DNA of 37,974 nucleotides, taken from NCBI GenBank assembly GCA_041739995.1, contig JBGSMV010000049.1, positions 1 through 37,974 of the forward strand, in the 5' to 3' direction. Origin of the DNA: Bdellovibrionota bacterium. GTDB lineage: Bacteria; Bdellovibrionota_C; UBA2361; JBGSMV01. A program made the position numbers and the translations under genes. Shown here piece by piece: positions 1 to 8,313 of the stretch (positions are counted from its first letter, which is position 1; every line of letters begins with the position of its first letter). The notes under the pieces are model-generated. The model ran no database searches and had not been told where the DNA came from. It was given only the letters and a program-made list of their open reading frames with translations.

Positions 1-279
1 AAAGCCCATGTCACGCAGGCGCACCTCGGCAAGGGCATCTTCTCCATAGGTCGACACATCAAAACCATTCACGAAGATTTCACCACTCGTAGGTGCATCG
101 AGTAATCCAAGCAAATACAATAGTGAACTCTTGCCTGAACCAGAGGGTCCAGTTATAGCGACGAACTCACCCCGATGAATTTCAAGATTCGCATTCTTGA
201 CCAGAGTCACCGGCACGTCGCCCTCAAGGATGCGGGTAAGATTCTTGGCTCGAATGACCGCGGGAGCTGCCTCGCTCAT
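1..279 (-). CDS. ABC transporter ATP-binding protein (LolD/MacB-NBD-like), runs off the left edge
   Basis: Not in the ORF track. Translated by hand from the ATG at 279, which overlaps the permease stop (ATGA): MSEAAPAVIRAKNLTRILEGDVPVTLVKNANLEIHRGEFVAITGPSGSGKSSLLYLLGLLDAPTSG..., with Walker A GPSGSGKS. Confidence 0.93.
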   Translation of the reverse strand, partial: MSEAAPAVIRAKNLTRILEGDVPVTLVKNANLEIHRGEFVAITGPSGSGKSSLLYLLGLLDAPTSGEIFVNGFDVSTYGEDALAEVRLRDMGF

Positions 280-1520
280 GTGCCCCCTCTCAGGATATCG
301 ACTGGATGCACAGACGCGGCCTTACGCGCAGGAAGATACGCGGCAGCAATCGCGGCAATCATCGCAAAAGCTGCTGCAATCGCGAACTGATACCAGCCCC
401 AATCCAGCGGCATGGAGATCGGCTCGGATCCGCCTGGGGGTCTAAAAGTGATGCTTCCAAGAGCACCCATCAGCAGCATCCCGAACGGCAATCCGATTAA
501 ACACCCAACGATGCCCAACAAAACGCCCTGCACCACGAAGATGCGCAGCACTTCGCGTGAACGAAACCCCATGGATTTTAGAATGGCTATGTCGCGTTGC
601 TTCTCGAGTACTACTGTAGAAATGACATTGTAAATTCCGAAGGCAGCTACCAGAAGCACGGCGCTCACCACCGTGTACATGATGGTGTTTCGAATGCGAA
701 ACGTGCTCATCAGATCTTCTGAGCTTTCCTGCCAAGAGAGGCTCTTGTATCCAACGCGCTGCTCAATTTCGCGCGAGACCTGAAGCGCTTCCGAAGGTCT
801 AGGAATTTTTACGATTATGGAATTTGCTCGGTTGATTCTGTTTAAAAGTGCTTGTACCCGAGAGATATGCATGAACGCTTGGCTCTCGTCATAGTTACGC
901 CTTCCAGTGCGAAAAAGTCCCAAAACTTTAAAGTTTCGGATCTGCCCTAAGGTGCTCGCCATAGTGATAATGTCCCCGCGCTTAACTGACAGGTTTTTAG
1001 CCAGCTCTGCACCAATAAGAACTCCATCAGGATTCGCTGAAAGATCATCTACGGATCCCGAAAGGAGGTAGTCTGCGATGGTTGAAACGTCGCGTAAATC
1101 TTCAGGGATTACGCCGTTTAAAGAAATTCCTAAATCCTTGCCTGCATAGGTCACCAGCGCCTGTCCGTTTAGCGTCGGCGACGCTCGCACTCCGGGAATG
1201 CCTCGCAAGTAATCAACAATCTGCTCGTAGCCTCTAATGCCACGAGTTTCACGCACGGGCTTCAAACTTCGAAGCTCAAGTGCACCTGAATTAAAAACTT
1301 GAAACACTGGCTGAGCACGCGGGTCACGATATTCGTCACTAATGGTGATATGGGGGGCGTTGTCTACTAAACGCTTCATGAAATCGCGCTCGGAGCCACT
1401 CATGAGTGCAGAGATTGCGAGGAAAAAACCAACGCCAAGAATAATCCCGAGCAATGAAACAACGCTCTGACGCTTACGTGCGAGCAGATGACGTCCGGCT
1501 ATTCTTATTAGTAGCCCCAT
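276..1520 (-). CDS. ABC transporter permease, LolC/E / MacB-FtsX family
   Basis: 414 aa. One N-terminal TM helix, a large periplasmic domain and three C-terminal TMs. Motifs EKQRDIAILKSMG and YLPARKAASVHPVDILR. Confidence 0.92.
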   Translation of the reverse strand: MGLLIRIAGRHLLARKRQSVVSLLGIILGVGFFLAISALMSGSERDFMKRLVDNAPHITISDEYRDPRAQPVFQVFNSGALELRSLKPVRETRGIRGYEQIVDYLRGIPGVRASPTLNGQALVTYAGKDLGISLNGVIPEDLRDVSTIADYLLSGSVDDLSANPDGVLIGAELAKNLSVKRGDIITMASTLGQIRNFKVLGLFRTGRRNYDESQAFMHISRVQALLNRINRANSIIVKIPRPSEALQVSREIEQRVGYKSLSWQESSEDLMSTFRIRNTIMYTVVSAVLLVAAFGIYNVISTVVLEKQRDIAILKSMGFRSREVLRIFVVQGVLLGIVGCLIGLPFGMLLMGALGSITFRPPGGSEPISMPLDWGWYQFAIAAAFAMIAAIAAAYLPARKAASVHPVDILRGGT

Positions 1521-1525
1521 TCAGT

Positions 1526-2557
1526 CTACTCCTGGAGCTGCGCTCGGACAGACAGACCCTCTGAGAGCTTATTGAACTTATCTACCACTACTTGCTCACC
1601 GTCGGTGAGCCCCTCGAGAATTTCGGTGGTCTGGTCTCCGCGTGAACCGATTTTGAGCTGGCGCTTTGAAACCTTGCCCTGGTCGAACACCCAAACAAAC
1701 CACCCACCCTGCGACGATCCTCCCTTTGGGCTGCCCTGCACTGCTGCGGTAGGTGCAAGCAAGGCATCCTGGCGCTCACTGACAATTATGTTGGTCTCAG
1801 TGGTCATGCCAATCCGCAGTGGACTCTCTTCGGGAATGCTCATGCGGACCCGATAGCTTCTCGCAATTGGATCTCCCTTGGGCGTTATCTGGAGCACTTG
1901 TCCCTCGAACACCTCCCCAGGAAAGGCATCAGCACGTACTAATACACGAGCACCGGTCTTCACTTGGGAAATATCTTCTTCGTCAACTTCAGCGGTGATG
2001 CGCAAAGGCTCCTCACCTGAAAGCCAAAAAAGAACGTCATTCGTAGTAAGCAGCTCTCCGAGCTCCCCGTCTCGTTTGATCACCCTTCCCGCACTCGGCG
2101 CGGTCAACTCCACATACCCAAGACGCGCTTCCGCAGCAGCTCTGGCCGCTCGAGCCATATCCAAACGAGCGCGCGCTTTATCAACCTCATCCTGAGAAAC
2201 AGCGCGACGCTCAACTAGCTTCACCACTCGCTCAAGTTCTTGCTCGAACTGCCCCTCCTGGACGCGGGCTTCGAGTAAAACTGCTTTCGGCTCAGCACTA
2301 TCTAATCGTGCCAGCACCTGCCCCTTAGTCACCTCCGCACCTTCGTCAACCAAAAGCTCGTCGAGTCGAGCGCTGACTCGAGGAGCGACTTCTACCATCA
2401 CTGTCGGTTCAACGGTTCCTGTGGCATACACCGCGAGCACGGCGGGGCCTCTTTTCAGAGAGGACACACCGACTGAGACAGAAGAAAACCTCCACACGAG
2501 AGCGAGGCCAAGAACAGCGACCAGTGGGACAGCCCAAATCAATCGAGTGAATTTCAT
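1526..2557 (-). CDS. Efflux periplasmic adaptor subunit (MacA/HlyD-like membrane fusion protein)
   Basis: 343 aa. N-terminal anchor, lipoyl halves (LLVDEGAEVTKGQVLARLD; LTAPSAGRV), alpha-hairpin and beta-barrel (AEVDEEDISQVKTG; GMTTETNI). Confidence 0.92.
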   Translation of the reverse strand: MKFTRLIWAVPLVAVLGLALVWRFSSVSVGVSSLKRGPAVLAVYATGTVEPTVMVEVAPRVSARLDELLVDEGAEVTKGQVLARLDSAEPKAVLLEARVQEGQFEQELERVVKLVERRAVSQDEVDKARARLDMARAARAAAEARLGYVELTAPSAGRVIKRDGELGELLTTNDVLFWLSGEEPLRITAEVDEEDISQVKTGARVLVRADAFPGEVFEGQVLQITPKGDPIARSYRVRMSIPEESPLRIGMTTETNIIVSERQDALLAPTAAVQGSPKGGSSQGGWFVWVFDQGKVSKRQLKIGSRGDQTTEILEGLTDGEQVVVDKFNKLSEGLSVRAQLQE

Positions 2558-2615
2558 AAATCTATTAACCGAAACGAAGTGGTCAGTGAGATTAGGGAAT
2601 TACCTGTCGTGTGAG

Positions 2616-3311
2616 CTACTCGCCTGGAGAAATTGCCGATGGTTGAACGAACTCCCCCTTCTCATTGAAGACCGATTGAGGATTTTCATAACCTTCGACC
2701 AAATAGACTCCCTGCCCTGTTTCCAGCACTAGAGTAGGCGAGGAAAGGACATTTCGAAAGGGCTCGGGCACCTTCCTCACATAGCGTAGAATTGGCTGAA
2801 TTGGTTGCAAAGCGATCTCAGCCAGCGCCTCGGATTGGAAAAGAGCCGCGGTGTCACCGACAATAAAAACATCTATAAATGGAAGTTTGAGCTTGGTTGC
2901 AAGCGCTAATAATTCGCCATAGTTCTTCTGGAAGTGTTCGGGGTCTTGCGCAGCGACCAACAATCGTAACGAAACGGGACGCTCACCGGATCCGACCGCG
3001 AACGGCAGGGTCTCTTTTGCAGATTCAGCATCCACGCCAGCACTTGTATCAGTTTCGAGATCCACCGTCGGATTACTCGGGTTTTCTAAGCCTGCCTGGT
3101 CCCGGTTTTGCATACCTGAGGGCGATCCATTGCCCTCGGAGCCTCGGCTTTCGTTCACATATCCTGGACTGTAGAACTTTCGCGGAGATTCTAGATTTCT
3201 CGGCGGCCGCTTCTGCCCTCCTTGCGCTTGCACTAGTGCTGGAGCAAAGAGTACAGAAATGCCCCCAAGAACCATCACAAACGGTACAAGATATTTGAGG
3301 ATCTCTTTCAT
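2616..3311 (-). CDS. Secreted protein with a C-terminal TrbC(F-type)-like domain (putative)
   Basis: 231 aa. Signal peptide (..LVQA) and a low-complexity linker. C-terminal FRNVLSSPTLVLETGQGVYLVEG resembles F TrbC YGIRSVPALVVFCSQGYDIIRG (recalled from memory). The CDS is solid and the family call is tentative. Confidence 0.55.
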   Translation of the reverse strand: MKEILKYLVPFVMVLGGISVLFAPALVQAQGGQKRPPRNLESPRKFYSPGYVNESRGSEGNGSPSGMQNRDQAGLENPSNPTVDLETDTSAGVDAESAKETLPFAVGSGERPVSLRLLVAAQDPEHFQKNYGELLALATKLKLPFIDVFIVGDTAALFQSEALAEIALQPIQPILRYVRKVPEPFRNVLSSPTLVLETGQGVYLVEGYENPQSVFNEKGEFVQPSAISPGE

Positions 3312-3337
3312 CTCGAATCAATCCGGTCGCATAAAAG

Positions 3338-3760
3338 TCATGGATCGTTTGCAAACACATCTCGTCCACCCAGAGGGTATCGGGAACCGTCAGGGATGAT
3401 GATGGTTGCACCACCACCTAATGGAACTGCTTGGTACCCAAGAGATGGGGTCTGTTCTTCCTTCGGAGCAAAGATGCCAGTACGATTTTTATAATCCCGC
3501 ACTTTACTGCTGCCTGCGACATCTTGCCCACGAACCATACCTTCTTTGGCACGTTTTGGAGCTTGCCATGAGTCCTCTTCGTCGCGCAGCTCACCTTCTG
3601 GTTCGCGCTGCTCTACCTCGCTGGGAACTTCTTCTCGGGGCTTGCGCTCCGAGTTAAAAAAGCCCTTATCAAAGAACGAGTCGGAGCGCTCTGAGTCTTG
3701 GGAGAAGGCCAGCGTAGGCAAGATTTGGCTTACGAAAAAAAGTATGAAGAGATATCTCAT
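3338..3760 (-). CDS. Hypothetical secreted protein, 140 aa, highly charged
   Basis: The ATG at 3760 (MRYLFILFFVSQILPTLAFSQ, a signal peptide) lies 7 nt after the upstream stop. The longer ORF-track start at 3877 overlaps the upstream gene. Confidence 0.75.
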   Translation of the reverse strand: MRYLFILFFVSQILPTLAFSQDSERSDSFFDKGFFNSERKPREEVPSEVEQREPEGELRDEEDSWQAPKRAKEGMVRGQDVAGSSKVRDYKNRTGIFAPKEEQTPSLGYQAVPLGGGATIIIPDGSRYPLGGRDVFANDP

Positions 3761-3767
3761 AGGCTGA

Positions 3768-5573
3768 TCACCGAAAGCGATACTGTATCTCCGGATAGCG
3801 CGAGTTACCCCACTCCAGATTGTACAGTGGTTTTCTTCCACGGAACCCCCATACGCCCTTGACGAGCCCATACACATAATTAGTGTTCTGCGCGCCCCGC
3901 ATCGGCGTATGAATATTGGCTTGAAGGTAATTCACGTTAAGGTCGGTTATGTCTTGAAGCCTTCCGCACTGCGACATTTCCGCCTGAAAATTTGGATCAG
4001 AACTGGCATCGTTAGGCATCAGAATCATGCGATCAAAATTCTCGAGGTAGGTATGGAAAGCGAACGGCAGGGTAAGGGGCGGGGCTAGGGCCATACTCTC
4101 CTTTCGAGTGGCATCTCCATCATAGAATTCCGGCCAGTTCATGGCGTAAAAAAGATCGATACCGCCACTTTGAAGGCCGCGCCAATAGGCGTCTGTGTTG
4201 TGCCCAGAGAAGCTGACTGAGGTAAGGGGGAAACGTTTGCCGACATGATCAATACACATGGTTCCATCGTCGTTGCCCGCAGCTACCCTGGCAAGAAAAT
4301 CAGATGGAACCTTGCCGGTCCGTTTGTTGTTTTTAAAACATTTCAAGGGCCCACCGGCGACAGTAAGACGATCGATCTGTTGACGCATTCTCGTCGAAGC
4401 ACTTTTCGACGCCATAGACAGAAATCGACTGTAGAGAAGTCCACCTCTTTGGCCGCGAATACTCGGGGTTAATGGAAGAAAAGTCCCAGTCGGCTGCGGC
4501 ACGGTGACCGCCGACGAGAGGTCAGGAAACTCAGAGCCAAAACGATGAGTGTCTAGGGGAAAATGCGGCGTAAACCAGTACACGGGTTGAGTGAAGCGAA
4601 TATCAAGAGTTGACGAAAAATTTCTGGTGTACTGGCGCGTACCATGCGGGGAAAGATCTCGAAGATTATTATCGATGGTTGAAAGGGCCGAAGCAGACTC
4701 ATTGGCAATTAGACCGGCCTTCGGGTTTGATACAGGGACTGCATAACCTACACGATTGCCCAAAAGTTGCTGAACCGTCGCACTTCCAGCACGACCAACC
4801 ATGTCGACACTTGCCGCAACCTCCGTTATCGCGGCAGACTGAAGCAATCGCTGCCCAGTCGTCCTCAAACCCTCAGTCACCCCAGAATCTAAATAGCTGG
4901 ACTGATACATTTGACGAGAAGTGTTTAGCAGGTTCCAAGGAAAGTAGTACTCCACGTAGGTAGCAGTTACGTAGATGTTGGTGCACGGTGGCCACTTAGA
5001 AGGCTTCTTGGAAATAATTGATATACCAATAGCGCCTCCGCGTCCCGGATGTTTATTGTCAACATGTACGCCGCAGGCTCCGGGATCACTTGCACACAGC
5101 AACCCCAACTCGAAGCCCGTCTGCTTATCGGAGCCGCAGGCGTTCTCATATATGCCGAGGGGGCACATGAATCCTATTCGATTAGGGCGATCAAAAAACC
5201 CCACTTCCTCCTGACACGGTTTGGGGGGGCGAGCTTCAGGATCTCCAAAAATGGAAATTCGATTGTCGTTACATTGAAAGAACTGCGACTCCTTAATGGT
5301 CAGCTCATCATACTCGGCCGTATTTTGGGCGCCACCCTCAGATGAGCCTCGAAGATTCGTGGCCGACTTTCCCTCCAGCGTGTCACTTACTACCTGCTCG
5401 GCCTTATCCTCTTGTCCGTCTGCTATGCTCTTTCTATTAGGAAGGTACTGATCTTTTACCCACATTTCATACGCCTCAGTGGGCCCCGGAGTCGGAGTGG
5501 GTACTGCGTGACTGATCTGTACGCAAGCTGCAACTGAAAGAATCAAGGCGAGAGAAATAAATTCAGATCTCAT
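3768..5573 (-). CDS. Secreted Cys-rich TraU-like protein (putative), 601 aa
   Basis: Signal peptide. Colinear TraU-like motifs: VEYYFPWNLLNTSR (cf. IGYWEPMALTDVTR), RFGSEFP (cf. YLSEIDP), MCIDHVGKRFPLTS (cf. WCAGSQGSMYPFNG), MSQCGRL (cf. SGQCHPF), NTNYVYGLVK (cf. KNFGYLMWR). Reference motifs are recalled from memory. Confidence 0.6.
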   Translation of the reverse strand: MRSEFISLALILSVAACVQISHAVPTPTPGPTEAYEMWVKDQYLPNRKSIADGQEDKAEQVVSDTLEGKSATNLRGSSEGGAQNTAEYDELTIKESQFFQCNDNRISIFGDPEARPPKPCQEEVGFFDRPNRIGFMCPLGIYENACGSDKQTGFELGLLCASDPGACGVHVDNKHPGRGGAIGISIISKKPSKWPPCTNIYVTATYVEYYFPWNLLNTSRQMYQSSYLDSGVTEGLRTTGQRLLQSAAITEVAASVDMVGRAGSATVQQLLGNRVGYAVPVSNPKAGLIANESASALSTIDNNLRDLSPHGTRQYTRNFSSTLDIRFTQPVYWFTPHFPLDTHRFGSEFPDLSSAVTVPQPTGTFLPLTPSIRGQRGGLLYSRFLSMASKSASTRMRQQIDRLTVAGGPLKCFKNNKRTGKVPSDFLARVAAGNDDGTMCIDHVGKRFPLTSVSFSGHNTDAYWRGLQSGGIDLFYAMNWPEFYDGDATRKESMALAPPLTLPFAFHTYLENFDRMILMPNDASSDPNFQAEMSQCGRLQDITDLNVNYLQANIHTPMRGAQNTNYVYGLVKGVWGFRGRKPLYNLEWGNSRYPEIQYRFR

Positions 5574-6505
5574 GGCGCCCTCCCCCCGGGGTCACCGCGA
5601 TGTGACTGCTGAGTAGTAGCTCCTTCCGAAGAGCTTCTAAACTCAAATTTCTTAAGTGCCTTCGAACCTTCAAGACGAGTGACTCTCCCGTTTTGAATCG
5701 TCAGTCGGGTGGGAAGACACCTCACGCCTGTTATCTGCTTTGCAATCGCACAACCGTCCCCCGGTTCACTCCCACAGCTAGTGACGGCCACCGCTGATCC
5801 AAATCGACTCAGCGCATCTGCAGGTACGGCGCCTCTGATATAAAGAAAATCTTGCAGAAGCGCCTTATCGGATTCGGGATTCTCGGTGTGGTGTTCCCAC
5901 TTCTCTGCACCCGCTTTTTCGCAATCAGGAAGCGGCGGCGTTTCTTGAACAAGGCGCAAGGCATCCTGCATGGCCTTTTGGAAATAGCTTGATGCGGATC
6001 TACTCCCCGCCCTCCACTCCTCAGACACGGGAGAAGGTGCCACCGTTTGGAATGGAATACCTCCTCCGAAACGAAAATGCTTGGTTACCGTGATTCGTGG
6101 CAGCATGGTGTCGAGAGACTTACTGTCTGTTTCTTCATGACCCCCTCGACGAGGCACTGCGGCACGTGCGTGATCTCGCTCCAGGGCTTCAAGATCGCCA
6201 AATGGTTCCTCTTCGAGGCTGCGCTGGAGAGAGTTAAACATGGCTCTGAAATCTATATCGCCAGGGTCGACTTTGAGCATACGAGCAAAGTCTTGAATGA
6301 CGTTCTCGTCTATGAAGTAGTCGCCTCCGCTGGGCGCCTGGTCTTCAGCCTGGACTGGCATAAGGTTGAATAGCGTTGCAGCAACCAGCGGCAAGGCTGA
6401 GAGCACGCAGCTTTTGGCACGCCCGCAAAGAGCTGCGACGGTGGCACTTTTCTGAGCAGGCTCTTTTCTCATGTTCTTGAATCGCTTGGAGAAAATGCTC
6501 CACAT
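5570..6505 (-). CDS. Secreted protein with a C-terminal TraW-like region (putative); start may be 6472
   Basis: 311 aa. Hydrophobic signal ending VQA. FLYIRGAVPADALSRFG and AKQITGVRCLPTRLTIQNG resemble F TraW IILVQGSIPEM and CQRLGIDQVPARVS (recalled). Its stop overlaps the TraU-like start (ATGA). Confidence 0.5.
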   Translation of the reverse strand: MWSIFSKRFKNMRKEPAQKSATVAALCGRAKSCVLSALPLVAATLFNLMPVQAEDQAPSGGDYFIDENVIQDFARMLKVDPGDIDFRAMFNSLQRSLEEEPFGDLEALERDHARAAVPRRGGHEETDSKSLDTMLPRITVTKHFRFGGGIPFQTVAPSPVSEEWRAGSRSASSYFQKAMQDALRLVQETPPLPDCEKAGAEKWEHHTENPESDKALLQDFLYIRGAVPADALSRFGSAVAVTSCGSEPGDGCAIAKQITGVRCLPTRLTIQNGRVTRLEGSKALKKFEFRSSSEGATTQQSHRGDPGGRAP

Positions 6506-6549
6506 AACCGAAATAACCTTACTTCATAGCAAGTTATGCCGATTTCTGA

Positions 6550-6696
6550 ATTCTAGGTATCCTTCCTAGGAGTCTGTGCCACAGGCACAGACGACGACGT
6601 CCCGCTGGAGCCTTCTCGAATATGAATATAGAGCCTGCCGAAGACAGGCCAGGCGAAGGCGGACTGCTCGCATCACCCCCCTATGTCACAGACTCC
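6550..6696 (-). repeat. Structured intergenic element, copy A: 10-bp inverted repeat plus an internal 9-bp hairpin
   Basis: GGAGTCTGTG (6569-6578) / CACAGACTCC (6687-6696). Hairpin GTCTGTGCC-ACA-GGCACAGAC (6572-6592). Shares three colinear blocks with 37743-37888. Confidence 0.5.
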
Positions 6697-6879
6697 CAGA
6701 AAGCGCGACCCTTCTGTTACGGGGCTACTCAGGGCAGCGCCCGCGTCGCCGAGCGGAACCCAAGTGAAATCAGCACCTTGGAGGCAATCGGGTCATCGAG
6801 AGACTCGCGAGCTGTCGGTGGCGTGAAGTCGTCCGGCTCCAGAAGGGGGGAGAAGCAAACAGGCTCGGCGCCTGAGCTT

Positions 6880-8313
6880 CTAGCTAGGCTGCTCATCCTT
6901 GAAGAGCTCACTTTTGAGACGAGCGAGGACCTCATCAATATTCCGGATGCTGGCGCGCTCAGGGAGGACCTGGCCTATCTTGTCGTAATCAATGGGCCAG
7001 GTTTCGCCGCCCCCAAAAACAAGTCCCATTTCGTTCTCAAGAACTGCCGCCGTCTTCCAGAATCCAAGGCGCGTGCGATCTGTGTTGAAAAAATCAATTG
7101 TATTATTGAGTTCAATCTCAAGCCGGCGCGGAAGGTCCGGGTCATTAAGAACTTCTGCTCCACAAGTGTGTGGCTCCTCCTTCCACCGACGAACGTCTCG
7201 GTTCTCGACTCCAAATTCAGTTTCAGCGATGGACCACTGCTCAATGCTTGCATGGCCGGACTCGGAAGCTCTTTGTGCCCGACGGGAAGACACTACTATT
7301 TCTACATCTTCGAACTTTCGTTCAATTCCAACAGCATGGCGACTGGCGAATTGAGGCAAATACTTCTTAAAAAACCACTGCCCTGCCTGGAGCCGCGCGT
7401 CGAACTCAATGTCTTCCCCCATTGTCCTCTGAACATTGAAGCCCCCCACTTTGATATAGGCACTGAGCCGAAATGCAAGATTAGCACCGGCAGAGTATGT
7501 ACAGAGATTCTCCCGCTGTTCGAAGTTTACTAAACATTTAACAAGCTCAGCACCAAAATGAAGGACTGGGTTTGCACGACGGGCACCGAGCGGATGGCTC
7601 AGCGTACCAGCCAATCCGTACAAGTTAGGTGCCGCTTCGAAGCCTTCAATATACCTTTCTATGAGCTGAGGACTTAGAGAATGAATATCCGCGTCCGTTC
7701 GCAGCATTAAATGATCTTTCGCGTCAGAGTCACGTGTCAAACTTCGTAAAGCAACCACGTCGTGCAGGAGCCTGCGAGCCTGGCCGATAGTGGCAATCTC
7801 CCGCGGCATTGGAAGATAGAAGTAGTGAATATGTATGTCTGGATTTTCGGATCTCACCTTCTCCAATTCATTCATAGTGGCATCTGGAGAAATTCCATTG
7901 CCTGCAGCATCAGTAAAGGGATGATTGAGATACAAAACTATTTCCCATGTATCACGCGGAGCGGTTTGAGAGCGAAACGCTTCGATGGTCTGACGAATGT
8001 AGTTCTCTTCCTCGTGTGCCGCGGCAGGAATACACACAGAAAGTCGACAGTCGCGATGTAATGGCGGAAGGTCTTCCGCCAATAATTGTACGAGCGTAAG
8101 CCTTGACGCAGAGTCGCATCCTAAATGTTCAGCGATCGTCCTCTCCAGAGAGGGTTCGCTTGAGTCGAGATATCGATATGGGGAGAGGGAGGATTCCATC
8201 GAGCGCACGACAGGATCGTCCCGGGAGCCCCCTTCGCTCAATGTCGGCAAGGAAAAGTCCACTGGCTGCATCAGGCTCTGGCGATCCAATTTCGGGGATA
8301 CTATCGCTGCCAT
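6880..8313 (-). CDS. Glycosyltransferase family 2 (GT-A fold) protein
   Basis: 477 aa. LSVCIPAAAHEEENYIRQTI start motif, DxD motif (TDADI), GANLAFRLSAYIKVGGF and the GED catalytic motif. No TM or signal peptide seen. Confidence 0.85.
   Translation of the reverse strand: MAAIVSPKLDRQSLMQPVDFSLPTLSEGGSRDDPVVRSMESSLSPYRYLDSSEPSLERTIAEHLGCDSASRLTLVQLLAEDLPPLHRDCRLSVCIPAAAHEEENYIRQTIEAFRSQTAPRDTWEIVLYLNHPFTDAAGNGISPDATMNELEKVRSENPDIHIHYFYLPMPREIATIGQARRLLHDVVALRSLTRDSDAKDHLMLRTDADIHSLSPQLIERYIEGFEAAPNLYGLAGTLSHPLGARRANPVLHFGAELVKCLVNFEQRENLCTYSAGANLAFRLSAYIKVGGFNVQRTMGEDIEFDARLQAGQWFFKKYLPQFASRHAVGIERKFEDVEIVVSSRRAQRASESGHASIEQWSIAETEFGVENRDVRRWKEEPHTCGAEVLNDPDLPRRLEIELNNTIDFFNTDRTRLGFWKTAAVLENEMGLVFGGGETWPIDYDKIGQVLPERASIRNIDEVLARLKSELFKDEQPS

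Noticed and set aside
1..1520. Calling the ABC genes lolC/E and lolD
   Set aside because: The adjacent membrane fusion protein points to a MacAB-type exporter rather than the Lol pathway, so no gene symbol was assigned.
6528..6542. Sigma-54-like TCGGCATAACTTGCT upstream of the Tra-like operon
   Set aside because: GG-to-GC spacing is 8 nt, not the required 10.
6697..6879. GC-rich structured spacer as a known ncRNA (tmRNA, 6S, tRNA)
   Set aside because: Short stems exist (CGCCGAGC/GCTCGGCG; a hairpin just after the GT stop), but no diagnostic motifs. It cannot be supported without an Rfam scan.
6622..7533. 303-aa plus-strand ORF
   Set aside because: Mostly antisense to the well-supported GT2 gene, with no recognisable motifs or RBS. 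Treated as a shadow ORF.
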